Assembly: GCA_963665095.1 (NCBI GenBank)
Contig: OY762069.1
Coordinates: 6,208,001-6,272,000 of the forward strand
Length of the DNA: 64,000 nt
Direction of reading: 5' to 3'
Source: an uncultured Desulfobacter sp.
GTDB lineage: Bacteria > Desulfobacterota > Desulfobacteria > Desulfobacterales > Desulfobacteraceae
Shown here: positions 9,713 through 19,836 of the stretch, piece after piece
Layout of the letters: every line of letters begins with the position of its first letter
Position numbering within the stretch: position 1 is the stretch's first letter
The notes under the pieces: generated by a model
The model's database searches: none
What the model was told of the DNA's origin: nothing
Seen by the model: only the letters and a program-made list of their open reading frames with translations
Made by a program: the position numbers and the translations under genes

Positions 9713-10747
9713 TCATGCGCCCAGAATCTGCCTGTATACCCGTTTAAAATTTCCGCCTAGGATGGCAATAACCTGATCATCTGTATACCCCCGGCAAATC
9801 AGTGCTTCAGTAAATTCGGCCAGTTTACCGTGGTGTGCAATAATGTCATAGGCGGGCAGGGGACTGTCAAGCTGCAGATAGTTACCGATGCTGTGGCAGA
9901 TATCAAAACCTAAACCCACATGATCAATACCCCCGAGTTCGGCTATATGGTCAACATGGTTGACCATGTCGCTGACCCCTGCATTGTCTTTGGCCGGGGC
10001 CGTTAGCTGGCTGACGGAGTTCATGCCGATCACGCCGCCGTTTTTAATAATGGCGGTAATCTGTTCATCGGAGAGGTTGCGCATGGTACCTGTCAGGCTG
10101 CGGCAGTTGGAATGGGAGGCAATTACCGGCTTTGAGGCAATATCCATGAGATCCCAGAACCCTTCGTCATTGAGATGGCTGACATCAATAAACATGCCCA
10201 GTTGCTCTGCCTTTTCCACCAGGGCAACCCCAAAGGGTGTCAGCCCGCCCTTGCGGCCCTCTTTTGTGTTTGCGAAGAAAGCGCCATCTGCCGCATAATT
10301 TCTCCGGCTCCATACAAGCCCCAGTCCCCTGACCCCAAGTTCATAGAAAATGCGCAAAAGGCCCGGATCATTCTGCAGGGGATCAGCCCCTTCCAGAGAG
10401 AGGAAAAGGGCAACTTCTCCATCTGCCTTTGCTGCCTGTGCCTCGGCCACGGTGCGGCAAAGGCGGAACTGTCCGGGTGACTCCGCAATCTCATCGTGAA
10501 GAAAACTGATCTGGTCAAGGGCTTTTCTTAAGCCCATTTCCGGCAGAAAATAATCGTGAACAAAAATAGCCGACACAACCAGGTCAAAACCGCCTTCCCT
10601 GAACGGTGTCATGTAGTTTGTCTCAATGACTTTTTTTTCTCCCCGTTCCCTGCGGTATGACAGGTCATAGGTGAGATCGAAATGGGCGTCAATGGTAAAT
10701 GCTTTCTGGTGGAGATCCGCAATATGCGCTTTATGATTCATTATCAA
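9713..10747 (-). CDS. Membrane dipeptidase family (peptidase M19)
   Basis: DAHFD, SLEG, DVSH, ASHSN, RNLSD, GLGFD motifs. Confidence 0.92.
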   Translation of the reverse strand: MIMNHKAHIADLHQKAFTIDAHFDLTYDLSYRRERGEKKVIETNYMTPFREGGFDLVVSAIFVHDYFLPEMGLRKALDQISFLHDEIAESPGQFRLCRTVAEAQAAKADGEVALFLSLEGADPLQNDPGLLRIFYELGVRGLGLVWSRRNYAADGAFFANTKEGRKGGLTPFGVALVEKAEQLGMFIDVSHLNDEGFWDLMDIASKPVIASHSNCRSLTGTMRNLSDEQITAIIKNGGVIGMNSVSQLTAPAKDNAGVSDMVNHVDHIAELGGIDHVGLGFDICHSIGNYLQLDSPLPAYDIIAHHGKLAEFTEALICRGYTDDQVIAILGGNFKRVYRQILGA

Positions 10748-10835
10748 TTTCCCGGTATGCCGGCAGCACAGCCTGGCCGTTTAAAACGGCAACAGGTACG
10801 CGCTGGCTGCACAGCTGTATTTTTTTGTTATGGGT

Positions 10836-11912
10836 TCATTTAAACTTGAGGGATCTGATGCCAAGGCCTGGTGCTTCCGGCAGAACCACCCTGGGCCCCT
10901 GGTATGATATGCCCCCCTGGCCCGGATGACGGCTGAAGAACAGCGGGGCATCGAGGTCAAAAGAGGTGATAATACTTCTGGCAGCTGCCAGATGGGCCGC
11001 AGCCGTTACACTGACATTGCATTCCATCATGGAACCGATCATGCAAGGGATGCCGGCAGTCTCTGCAATGGCTGCAATCTTCAGGGCATTATAAATTCCA
11101 CCGCACTTCATCAGCTTGATGTTGATGCCGTCCACCGCCTTCATCTGAATCAGTTCCAGGGCGTCGGCCGCAGAAAATATGCTCTCGTCTGCATATACCG
11201 GCTGGGGGATGTTCTGCCGTACAAAAGCCATGCCGGCAAAGTTTTCAGCCGCGACGGGCTGCTCCATGAGGTCAATGGGAATATTTTTTTGTTCCAGTGT
11301 TTTACCGACAAACACAGCCTCCTTCGGGTTCCAGCCCTGGTTGGCATCAATCCTCAGGGTCACCTTCCCCTTTGCCGCCTTATGCACTTCAGTCAGTCTT
11401 TCAATATCCAGGGCAACATCTCCCCCTACTTTAATTTTGAGGACTTTGAACCCCTCGTCTATTTTCTTTTGGGCCTGGTCCACCATCCTGGGTGTCTCAT
11501 CCAGGCTGATGGTCATGTCGGTTTCCACTGCATGGGCCTCACCGCCGAGCAGACGGAACAGGGGCACGCCCACGGATTTGGCAAGAATGTCAAATATGGC
11601 CATGTCCACGGCTGCTTTGGCCGAATTGTTTCCCACCATACAGCGGTTCAACTGCTGGAAAAGCAGCTCGTGGTTTTTTATGTCCATGCCAATGATACAG
11701 TCCCGGATATGCGCGATGGCCCCGGTAATGGATGCAATGGTCTCTCCGGTGATCACAGCGGTGGGTGCCGCACTGCCAAAACCGATCAGGGAGGCATCCG
11801 TGAACATGGTGACAAGAATATTTTCCACAGCATCCACGGTGCGAAGTGCTGTTTTAAACACGGTGTTTAAAGGCGTGGTTAACACGTGAGTTTTGATGTC
11901 GGTAATTTTCAC
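10836..11912 (-). CDS. L-Ala-D/L-Glu dipeptide epimerase (enolase superfamily, YkfB-like)
   Basis: KIK, DANQ, EQP, ADES, NIKLMKCGG, GSMME, DLD motifs. Confidence 0.9.
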   Translation of the reverse strand: MKITDIKTHVLTTPLNTVFKTALRTVDAVENILVTMFTDASLIGFGSAAPTAVITGETIASITGAIAHIRDCIIGMDIKNHELLFQQLNRCMVGNNSAKAAVDMAIFDILAKSVGVPLFRLLGGEAHAVETDMTISLDETPRMVDQAQKKIDEGFKVLKIKVGGDVALDIERLTEVHKAAKGKVTLRIDANQGWNPKEAVFVGKTLEQKNIPIDLMEQPVAAENFAGMAFVRQNIPQPVYADESIFSAADALELIQMKAVDGINIKLMKCGGIYNALKIAAIAETAGIPCMIGSMMECNVSVTAAAHLAAARSIITSFDLDAPLFFSRHPGQGGISYQGPRVVLPEAPGLGIRSLKFK

Positions 11913-12706
11913 GATGTCTCCTTTGCAAGTGGATAACGGTTGACACTGATGAATTTTTTAACATGTTCCGGGCTGAAATTGTCATCTGCCTTTGAAAAAC
12001 TGTTGGTCCGGATCCAGCCGCTGGCGTGAATGAATCGCTGGTTTCCCAGACAGATGCCCACATGGGTCACTTTGTCAGGGGTTTTTCCAAAGAAAAGCAG
12101 ATCCCCGGGTTCTGCATCCTGAAAGTTGTGCGACAGCAAATGGTTTTCCTGCTGCTGCCGGGAATCCCTTGGCAGCTGGATATCGAGAAGACCAAAAACT
12201 GTCTGTACAAAACCGGAGCAGTCAAATCCCTTGGGCGTTCTCCCCCCCCACAGGTACTGGTAGCCTATAAACTCTTTGGCAAGGGCCAGGATGTTCTCAG
12301 GTGTGGCAGAAGGAAAGGGGGTGAAATGTTTTTTTTCAGCCCAGCCGGTCCGGTTCCCGGGCAGACTGATCCGGTACCAGCCATTCTCTTTGGCCGCGGC
12401 CATCAGCCGACTGCCGATGACAGCCTCGCCAATCCCTGCCGCCTGCCTGGATGGTTCTTTAAAAATGCGGATAAAATGGTCTCGGACCACCACCGGCTCC
12501 CCCTCGGGCGGGTCACAGGCCAGCACCTGGTCGGAGTCAGCCCAGCTGGTATACCCGTCCGCCTGGCGGATTTTAGTGAACACCGGCCGGGGATCCAGAA
12601 TCTGCACCCGCTCTCCCAGAATTCCCTGGGTCACCACCTCGCTGGCGTAGGATGGCTCTTTGTAATGGCTGCTGACACTGACAATGATGGATGCATTGGG
12701 TGTCAT
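11909..12706 (-). CDS. SH3 + NlpC/P60 peptidase (YkfC-like gamma-D-glutamyl peptidase), no signal peptide
   Basis: YLWGG, GFDCSG, PRDS, PGDLLFF, HVGI, FIHAS; N-terminal SH3-like repeats. Confidence 0.88.
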   Translation of the reverse strand: MTPNASIIVSVSSHYKEPSYASEVVTQGILGERVQILDPRPVFTKIRQADGYTSWADSDQVLACDPPEGEPVVVRDHFIRIFKEPSRQAAGIGEAVIGSRLMAAAKENGWYRISLPGNRTGWAEKKHFTPFPSATPENILALAKEFIGYQYLWGGRTPKGFDCSGFVQTVFGLLDIQLPRDSRQQQENHLLSHNFQDAEPGDLLFFGKTPDKVTHVGICLGNQRFIHASGWIRTNSFSKADDNFSPEHVKKFISVNRYPLAKETS

Positions 12707-13479
12707 TGGAAATCCTGAAACTGGTCTATGGCTGCCCGGTTATATCCCTTCCCGGCAACGAGAAGCTGCCGGGTGTACTTCTCGCGTAGCTCCCCGTTTT
12801 TAAGCTGTTTCCGGGTAATGGTCTCCACTGTTTTTCCCCGGTTCATCACCAGAATAGCATGGCACATATGGGAGACCACGGCAAGGTCATGGCTGACAAG
12901 AATATAGGTGAGCTGCCTTTCCCGACGGATGTCCTGGAGCAGGTTGAGGACCTCTGCCTGGATGGAGACATCCAGGGCTGAGGTGGGTTCGTCCAGCAAA
13001 AGGATTTGGGGTTCAAGAATAAGCGCCCTGGCCACGGCAACCCGCTGGCGCTGGCCACCGGAGAGCTGGTGGGGATAACGGAACCTGAATTTGGGTCCAA
13101 GTCCCACCTCATCCAGGACACGTTCCACCCGGCGGTTGGCATCTTTGAGTTGATGTATGGCCACCGGTTCCTTTAATGTTCTGTCAACAGTATGCCGGGG
13201 ATGAAGGGACCCATAGGGATCCTGAAACACCATCTGAACCTTGCGGAAAAAGGGCAGATCCCTTCGTCTGCCAAGTTTTATCCCGTCAACTTCAATGATA
13301 CCTTTCCAGTTGGTCAAAAGTCCTGCAATGCAGTTGAGAACCGTTGATTTTCCTGAGCCTGATTCTCCCACAAGGCCAAAGCTCTCCCCCCTGTCCACAG
13401 AAAAGCTCACATCCTTGACCGCATGGTTGCGGGCGGCTCCATGGCCGAAAAACAGATTGAGATGGTCAATGGTAATCAT
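12703..13479 (-). CDS. Peptide ABC transporter ATP-binding subunit (DppF-like)
   Basis: GESGSGKS, LSGGQRQR, LLLDEPT. Confidence 0.93.
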   Translation of the reverse strand: MITIDHLNLFFGHGAARNHAVKDVSFSVDRGESFGLVGESGSGKSTVLNCIAGLLTNWKGIIEVDGIKLGRRRDLPFFRKVQMVFQDPYGSLHPRHTVDRTLKEPVAIHQLKDANRRVERVLDEVGLGPKFRFRYPHQLSGGQRQRVAVARALILEPQILLLDEPTSALDVSIQAEVLNLLQDIRRERQLTYILVSHDLAVVSHMCHAILVMNRGKTVETITRKQLKNGELREKYTRQLLVAGKGYNRAAIDQFQDFQ

Positions 13480-14351
13480 GCATCATCTCCTGTAGTCTGC
13501 GAAAAATCAGGTCTGAGCCATGCCTCGTCCCGGACAAGGGTGGGCAGATGTGTCTGGTTACCATCAATTTTGGGCAGACAGTTGAGAAGGCCTCTGGTGT
13601 AAGGATGAGTGGATTTATGAAGGTCACAGGCATCCAGCACCTCCATGATGCGTCCGCCGTACATGATGATCACCCGGTCGCAGAAGGATGCCACAAGTTC
13701 CAGGTCATGGGAGATAAAAATAAGGCCCATGCCCCGCTGACTCACGAGATCATCCAGTATGGAAAGCACCTGGAGCTGTACCGTGACATCCAGGGCTGAT
13801 GTGGGTTCATCTGCAATGAGAAGACTTGGTTCAGGAATCAGCATCATGGCGATCATGATGCGCTGGCCCATGCCGCCGGAGACCTCATGGGGATAAAGGC
13901 CGTATACCTGCTCGGGATTCCTGATCCGCACGGCTTCCAGCATCTCCAACGTCTTCTGCCGGGCCTGTTTTTTACCGGCTTTGTGGTGGATGGCGTAAGC
14001 TTCCCGGATTTGCTGGCCCACGGTTCTAACCGGATTCAGGGAGTATTTGGGATCCTGCATCACCATGGAGATTTCGCGTCCCCTGATCTGCCGCATCTGT
14101 TTTTCAGAAAAACTAAGAAGATTTCTGCCTTTGAATGTGATCTCATCGGCCTGGATACGGGCATAGGATGGCAGAAGGCGCAGGATAGATCTTCCGGTTA
14201 CGGATTTTCCCGATCCTGACTCCCCCACAATGCCGATTTTTTCTTTACCCATGGAAAAGCCCACCTGCTTTATGGCGCGGACATCCCCCTTGGGTGACGG
14301 GAAGGTCACGGACAGATTTTTTACCGTGAGCAGGGTGTCGTTGGTATTCAT
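13476..14351 (-). CDS. Peptide ABC transporter ATP-binding subunit (DppD-like)
   Basis: GESGSGKS, YPHEVSGGMGQR, IADEPT, HPYT. Confidence 0.93.
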   Translation of the reverse strand: MNTNDTLLTVKNLSVTFPSPKGDVRAIKQVGFSMGKEKIGIVGESGSGKSVTGRSILRLLPSYARIQADEITFKGRNLLSFSEKQMRQIRGREISMVMQDPKYSLNPVRTVGQQIREAYAIHHKAGKKQARQKTLEMLEAVRIRNPEQVYGLYPHEVSGGMGQRIMIAMMLIPEPSLLIADEPTSALDVTVQLQVLSILDDLVSQRGMGLIFISHDLELVASFCDRVIIMYGGRIMEVLDACDLHKSTHPYTRGLLNCLPKIDGNQTHLPTLVRDEAWLRPDFSQTTGDDA

Positions 14352-15271
14352 CAGCTGTCACTCTTGGGGTCAAGGACTTCACGCAGCCCGTCTCCGAGCA
14401 GGTTAAAGGCCAGACTGACCACGAAAATGGCCGTGCCCGGCATGGTGATCAGCCACCAGTGGTCCAGGATATAGGCCCTGCCGCTGGAGGTCATGGCCCC
14501 CCACTCCGGGGAGGGCGGCTGGGCACCAAGGCCTAAAAAGCCTAAGCCTGCGGCTGTCAGGATAATCCCCGCCATGTCCAGTGTAACCCGGACAATAAGG
14601 GAGGAGAGACACAGCGGCATGATGTGCCCGGTGATGATCCGCAGGGCGCCTGCCCCCTGGAGCCGGATGGCCTTGATAAAATCGGAATTTCTGATGGTAA
14701 TGGTTTCGGCCCTGGCAATTCTTGCATAGGGGGGCCAGGAGGTAATGGATATGGCAATGATGGCATTCTCAATACCGGGCCCCAGGGCCGAGACAAAGGC
14801 CAGGGCCAGGATCAGCTTGGGAAAGGCCAGAAAAATGTCTGTGATCCGCATGAGCAGGGTGTCAATGGCTCCGCCGAAAAAACCTGCCACCGTGCCCACC
14901 AGAATGCCCACGGGTGCTGCGATAATGGCCACAAGTCCCACCACGTATAGGGTCAGCCGTGACCCCCAGATGATGCGGCTGAAGATATCCCGGCCGATCT
15001 CATCCGTGCCGAAATAATGCGTCATGGAAAGCGGCTGAAGGCGGTTGGCGATGTCGGTCTCAACCGGATCATAGGGGGCAAGCACCGGTGCGAACACGGC
15101 AACAGCAACAAGTGCCACAATCACCAGCAGCCCCAGAACCGCCAGCCGGTTCTTCATGAAGGTCAGAAGGCCCAGGTAGGCCCTGCCTGCAGAGGCCTGG
15201 AACGCGGAATCCGGCGTATCCGCCAGAAGCCATTGTTTCATGCCGCTGTTTATTTCGTTATTATTTTTCAT
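14351..15271 (-). CDS. Peptide ABC transporter permease (DppC-like)
   Basis: FGTDEIGRD, GLGFLGLGAQPPSPEWG, FNLLGDGLR; start moved to MKNNN (15271) to remove overlap with the DppB-like gene. Confidence 0.92.
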   Translation of the reverse strand: MKNNNEINSGMKQWLLADTPDSAFQASAGRAYLGLLTFMKNRLAVLGLLVIVALVAVAVFAPVLAPYDPVETDIANRLQPLSMTHYFGTDEIGRDIFSRIIWGSRLTLYVVGLVAIIAAPVGILVGTVAGFFGGAIDTLLMRITDIFLAFPKLILALAFVSALGPGIENAIIAISITSWPPYARIARAETITIRNSDFIKAIRLQGAGALRIITGHIMPLCLSSLIVRVTLDMAGIILTAAGLGFLGLGAQPPSPEWGAMTSSGRAYILDHWWLITMPGTAIFVVSLAFNLLGDGLREVLDPKSDS

Positions 15272-15296
15272 ATCTTTGACATCATATGAGATGGAA

Positions 15297-16334
15297 TTAA
15301 CGGGCCCTTGGGTCCAGCACCTTATACAGGAAGTCTGAAAAAAGATTGACGCACAAAAAGATGGCGCCCACCACAATGGTGCTTCCCAGTACAGCGTTCA
15401 TGTCGGCGTTGAGCAGGGAGTTGGTCAGATACTGCCCCAAACCGGGCCATGCAAATACGGTTTCTGTCAGTACAGAGCCTTCAAGCAGATTGCCGAAGCT
15501 TAACGCAATCACGGTGATCAGCGGAATGGCGCAGTTGCCTAACGCATGTCCCCAGATCACCTTCCACTCCTTCACCCCTTTGACCCGGGCCGTGAGAATA
15601 TACTCCTGCCGGAGCTGTTCAATCATGAATGAGCGGGTCATTCGTGACAGATAGGCCATGGAGTAATACCCGAGCAGGGATGCCGGCAGGATCAGATGAT
15701 AGAGGGCGTTTTTAAAAATATCCCACTCCCCGGCAATGATGCTGTCTATGACCAGACTGCCCGTCACCGGCTGGACAATACCCTCGTAGAAGACATCCAC
15801 CCGGCCCGGGCCGGGGAGCAGGTCAAAGCGAGCATAAAAGAGCATTAATGCCATTAACCCCAGCCAGAAAATGGGTAAAGAGTAGCCGAAAAGTCCTATG
15901 ACCCGGGTGATATGGTCTAAAATGCTTCCCCGTTTGACCGCTGAAAAAATGCCTATAGGGATACCCACCAGAATACCGATTATTGTGGCGGTGATGGAGA
16001 GTTCAAAGGTGGCGGGAAAGACCCTTAAAATATCTTCCACCACAGAGTTGGCCGTGAGTACGGAGGTGCCGAAGTCTCCCCTGAGCACGTTGCCGATATA
16101 GATGAGGAACTGCTTCCACAAAGGCAGGTTCAGTCCCAGGGCAATGCGGGCTTTCTCGTATACTTCCGGAGATGCTTTGTCTCCCACCACGGCGAGTACC
16201 GGGTCAATGGGAACCACCCGGCCGATGAGAAAGGTGACCAGAAGCAGCCCTATAAAGGTAGTCAGCACCATCAGTACCACTTTGACTGCCTGCCGGGTCC
16301 TTTTGACTGCCTTTTTTGCTATGGGTGTTGTCAT
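15297..16334 (-). CDS. Peptide ABC transporter permease (DppB-like)
   Basis: GDFGTS, PATFEL, TARVKG, ETVFAWPGLG, LDPR. Confidence 0.93.
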   Translation of the reverse strand: MTTPIAKKAVKRTRQAVKVVLMVLTTFIGLLLVTFLIGRVVPIDPVLAVVGDKASPEVYEKARIALGLNLPLWKQFLIYIGNVLRGDFGTSVLTANSVVEDILRVFPATFELSITATIIGILVGIPIGIFSAVKRGSILDHITRVIGLFGYSLPIFWLGLMALMLFYARFDLLPGPGRVDVFYEGIVQPVTGSLVIDSIIAGEWDIFKNALYHLILPASLLGYYSMAYLSRMTRSFMIEQLRQEYILTARVKGVKEWKVIWGHALGNCAIPLITVIALSFGNLLEGSVLTETVFAWPGLGQYLTNSLLNADMNAVLGSTIVVGAIFLCVNLFSDFLYKVLDPRAR

Positions 16335-16381
16335 GAATACAATTCGCCGGGGTTATCTGTAGGCTTCAGGTGCGTTAGATG

Positions 16382-16430
16382 CCATGGGCACCCTGGATTT
16401 CCATATGCCGGATCTCCATGATGCCCATGG
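16382..16430 (-). other. Intergenic stem-loop between the binding-protein and permease genes
   Basis: CCATGGGCA...TGCCCATGG inverted repeat, at the position typical of mRNA-stabilising hairpins in ABC operons. Confidence 0.5.
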
Positions 16431-16445
16431 GAAAACAGATGCAGA

Positions 16446-18026
16446 TTATTTGGTTGTATACTGGTAAAAGTTACTGTCAAAACTGGGGCCTAAAATGAAG
16501 TTTTTAACGTTGGCCTTTTCAGCCACAACTTCGATATCCTGGAACATGATCACAAAGGGAGAGACCTGCTGGTGTTCCCGTTGGAGATCCAGGTACATCT
16601 GGGCGCGTTTGGCTGTATCCCTTTCCAGGACGGCAGCATCCGCCTTTTTGGTCATCTCAGGGATATCCCATGCATTTCTCCAGGCCAGGGGCTTGGATTT
16701 TGCGTCGTCTGAGTTGTCCGGGTTCCGGGCAAAGGTGTCTGCATTGGTGTGCGGGTCCATGTAGTCCGGTCCCCAGCGGCCAATGTAGATGTCATGCTGG
16801 CGGGCCCGGTATTTGGTCAGAGTCTGCTTGCCGTCTCCGGGGATAATCTCAAGCTTGATATTGGCTTTGGCAAAGGTGGACTGGATGGAAAGTGCCATGG
16901 AGGTGATGGGCTCTGAGTTCCTTGTGTCCATGGTCACGGTAAACCCTTTTTCAAGACCAGCTTCCTTTAGAAGTGCTTTTGCTTTTTCAATATCAAGGGA
17001 AAAAGGCGTCTCTTCCAGGGCGCCCAGGAAGCCCTTTGGCAAAAAGGCCTGGTGAATCGTGGCCTTGCCGCTGAGGATGGTCTCTTCCACGCCTTTGTAA
17101 TCAATGAGATACTTCAGGGCCTGGCGTACCTGGGGAATCTTGAGGTACTGATTTTTCTGGTTCAGGCCCAGGTAATATACAGCCCCTTTGGCCCTTGTCT
17201 GAATCTTGATATCTTTTTTCTTTTCCAGGCTTTTAATGTCATCGGCAGTCAGATTCCTTGCCATATCAATGTCGCCTTTTTCAAGCAGCATGCGCTGGCT
17301 GGAGGATTCGGTGATATGCCGCATGATGATACGCTTCAGTTTAGGCGCATCCCCCCAGTAATTGGGGTTGGCATCAAGCATCATGATTTCCGATGCTTTC
17401 CAGGTTCTTAATGTATAGGGCCCGGAGCCGGCATATCCGGTCTTAAGAAAGTTATACCCGAGGTCCCCGTCTTTTTCATGGGCCATGACCTCTTTTTTAT
17501 CCACCACAGAACCTGCTGTTGAGGTCAGGCAGTAAAGAAAAAAGGTAGGGGCATAGGCTTGATCCACAATGATCTTTACCGTGTAATCGTCCACCTTGGT
17601 GATGGTTTTTTCCACGTTTTCAGGGGTAAATCCAAACTGGGTCAGGATAAAGGCGGGAGATTTATCAAGAATGACAACGCGACGCAGGGAGAAAACAACA
17701 TCGTCTGCGGACAGCTTGTTTCCCGAGGCAAATGTGACGCCTTTCCTGATTTTAAATGTGTAGGTCAGGCCGTCATCCGAGGTGGTCCAGCTTTCAGCAA
17801 TACCCGGGTAGATATCGCTGACATTGTCTACATCATAGTTAATCAGACGGTCGTATGCGTTGGCCGCATATTCAGCGCTGGCAAATTCAAAGATCTCCGC
17901 CGGGTCCAGTGAGATAATCTCATCTATATTGAACGCCATGACAAGAGTGTCTTTGGGTGTTGATGCCTGGACTGTCTGTATCGCAAATAAAGACAGCGCT
18001 AACGCAATCAGAAACAGTTTTTTCAT
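16446..18026 (-). CDS. Peptide ABC transporter substrate-binding protein (family 5, DppA-like)
   Basis: Signal peptide MKKLFLIALALSLF, strong RBS GAGGAGG, AESW...YTFKIRKGVTF, GSGPY motifs. Confidence 0.93.
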   Translation of the reverse strand: MKKLFLIALALSLFAIQTVQASTPKDTLVMAFNIDEIISLDPAEIFEFASAEYAANAYDRLINYDVDNVSDIYPGIAESWTTSDDGLTYTFKIRKGVTFASGNKLSADDVVFSLRRVVILDKSPAFILTQFGFTPENVEKTITKVDDYTVKIIVDQAYAPTFFLYCLTSTAGSVVDKKEVMAHEKDGDLGYNFLKTGYAGSGPYTLRTWKASEIMMLDANPNYWGDAPKLKRIIMRHITESSSQRMLLEKGDIDMARNLTADDIKSLEKKKDIKIQTRAKGAVYYLGLNQKNQYLKIPQVRQALKYLIDYKGVEETILSGKATIHQAFLPKGFLGALEETPFSLDIEKAKALLKEAGLEKGFTVTMDTRNSEPITSMALSIQSTFAKANIKLEIIPGDGKQTLTKYRARQHDIYIGRWGPDYMDPHTNADTFARNPDNSDDAKSKPLAWRNAWDIPEMTKKADAAVLERDTAKRAQMYLDLQREHQQVSPFVIMFQDIEVVAEKANVKNFILGPSFDSNFYQYTTK

Positions 18027-18200
18027 TCCTTCCTCCTCATAATTGTCTCGGATTTCTGCTTTGGTTGCAGAAGGTCCGGGTGTCCGGCATCTTACCGGGA
18101 TATTCTGGTCTGTGGCGGAATCATTCCTGTCGTTGGTGTCTGCAACTGGTTCATGCAGGCAGTTAAGGCCTGAATTTCTGCCAATGCTCTTTGACAATGG

Positions 18201-18229
18201 ATAATCTAAGGGTTTGGTGCCTTTGTCAA
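18201..18229 (-). promoter_or_regulatory. Putative sigma70 promoter of the peptide-uptake operon
   Basis: Minus strand TTGACA-17 nt-GATTAT. Confidence 0.5.
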
Positions 18230-18375
18230 GAAAAATGTAGATGCCCCGCAGCCTGCGTATTGTCAGTGTTCAGGGGCAATGGGAATCAGGGCCGCATGCC
18301 TTCCAGCCGTCCTGGGAAAAGTGGGATCGGAAAACCAATACCTCTGAATTTTAGGAAAACAGCTCTATGGCAATA

Positions 18376-19836
18376 TCAGGTCTGGTCTGGGGAGCCTGCA
18401 TCCATAGCCTGATTTTCTAAAAGGCTGGAGAGCTGCTCGTAAAACATACCTGCATTCAGGGCAACGGCTAAGCGTTCTGCCGCTGATTCAAGAAAATCGA
18501 TCTGAATAGCGGTGAAGATTTCCATGGTGCCGAGTTCGAGCAGGCCTTTGACCTCTCCTTCGTATATCAACGGAATAACAATAATGGTTTTTGGCGAGAC
18601 ATCGAATAAAGAGGATTCAATGCGCATATAGTTATCGGGAACATTGTCTATGATAATCGTCCTTTTTTCCGTCACGGCCTGTCCGGTCAGCCCCTCCCCG
18701 GGTTTAAACCGGTGTTCAAATAACTCGCATTCCGTGAGCGCATAGCTGCCGGCCAGGCAGAATTCCGCTGTGGCCTGATCAAGGGCGAAAATGGTTCCTG
18801 TAATGGCGCCGGCATATTCTGCGATAAACCCAACCGCTTTACCGGCCAGCCGGGAGATATTCTGCTCTCCTCCGATCATATTGTTCAGTTCGGCCTGTCC
18901 GTCCTTGAGCCAGTTCTGGTCCTTTTTGGCAATATCGGCTGTCTCCAGGGTTTCCAGGATTTTATTCAACGCAACGCTGAGTTCATCATCCAGGACCAAA
19001 GATACTGTCCTGTGCGAGAAGTCTTCAGTGTCCACTGCCTCCTGCAGCGTTGTAAAATAATCAGTAAACCTGAACAGACTCTCCTCAAGTTCCATCTGAA
19101 GCTGTTGGCTTTCCTCTTCTTTGAGCTTGAGCTGCTCAATCATATCCACAACGCCGTTAAACAGAATCCCGATCTCATCGTGGCGTCTTTTCTTTTTGAA
19201 TGTTCCTGACAGGTCTTTTGTTTTGGCCAGTCTTTCAGCAATATGTGCCAGTTCTATGATGGGCCTGTTGAAATTGGTTACTGCCAGAAAAACAACAAGA
19301 ATAATAAACAGTCCCATCAGGATCAACGCAGTCAAAAGTTTGTTGTTAAATCTTGCCACAGCATCTTCAATAAGCTTTTCAGAATAAAACAGTTCATATC
19401 TGCCCATCACATCTTCATTTCTTACAATTTTACCTGAGATCTTTTTTATATGGGTACTGCTTTCAGGCGGGGAATAGGGCGCTTTTAGATCACTGACCAC
19501 TAACTTTTCATCTGAGATATTTTCCCTGTCTTTTTTGGCCGCACCTTTGACAAATCCTTTCATGTCAAAGACATTGACGCCCACAATGAGTTCGTTTTTT
19601 AAAATTACCTTGTTGAGCCGGCTGACTTCGTCATAGTCAAAAAGCCAGAGGGGCTGGGCATATACAAACTCAGAGAAATTGACGGCATTTGACAAAGAGA
19701 TATTCAAATATTCCGTCAGGCTGCCCTTACTGTCCCTGGCCATGAATATAATGACAGCAATACTGGCGATGACCACAGAAAGCGCAATAATGCCGGCTAA
19801 CTTGAGTGCCACCTTTTGTTTCATCCGGGACAGCAT
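18376..19836 (-). CDS. Membrane sensor: TM-periplasmic-TM-HAMP-coiled coil-GAF, no output domain
   Basis: Two TMs, RPIIEL...DEIGIL HAMP, GEGLTGQA...VIPL...GLLELG GAF; ends about 20 aa after the GAF domain. Confidence 0.8.
   Translation of the reverse strand: MLSRMKQKVALKLAGIIALSVVIASIAVIIFMARDSKGSLTEYLNISLSNAVNFSEFVYAQPLWLFDYDEVSRLNKVILKNELIVGVNVFDMKGFVKGAAKKDRENISDEKLVVSDLKAPYSPPESSTHIKKISGKIVRNEDVMGRYELFYSEKLIEDAVARFNNKLLTALILMGLFIILVVFLAVTNFNRPIIELAHIAERLAKTKDLSGTFKKKRRHDEIGILFNGVVDMIEQLKLKEEESQQLQMELEESLFRFTDYFTTLQEAVDTEDFSHRTVSLVLDDELSVALNKILETLETADIAKKDQNWLKDGQAELNNMIGGEQNISRLAGKAVGFIAEYAGAITGTIFALDQATAEFCLAGSYALTECELFEHRFKPGEGLTGQAVTEKRTIIIDNVPDNYMRIESSLFDVSPKTIIVIPLIYEGEVKGLLELGTMEIFTAIQIDFLESAAERLAVALNAGMFYEQLSSLLENQAMDAGSPDQT

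Noticed and set aside
10926..11889. Long antisense ORFs (314 and 236 aa), and similar ones elsewhere
   Set aside because: They lie opposite well-supported genes and have no recognisable motifs.
18027..18197. 57-aa N-terminal extension of the peptide-binding protein (likewise for the DppC-like, Usp, PPK1 and Lrp ORFs)
   Set aside because: Internal starts have better RBS, signal-peptide or overlap support.
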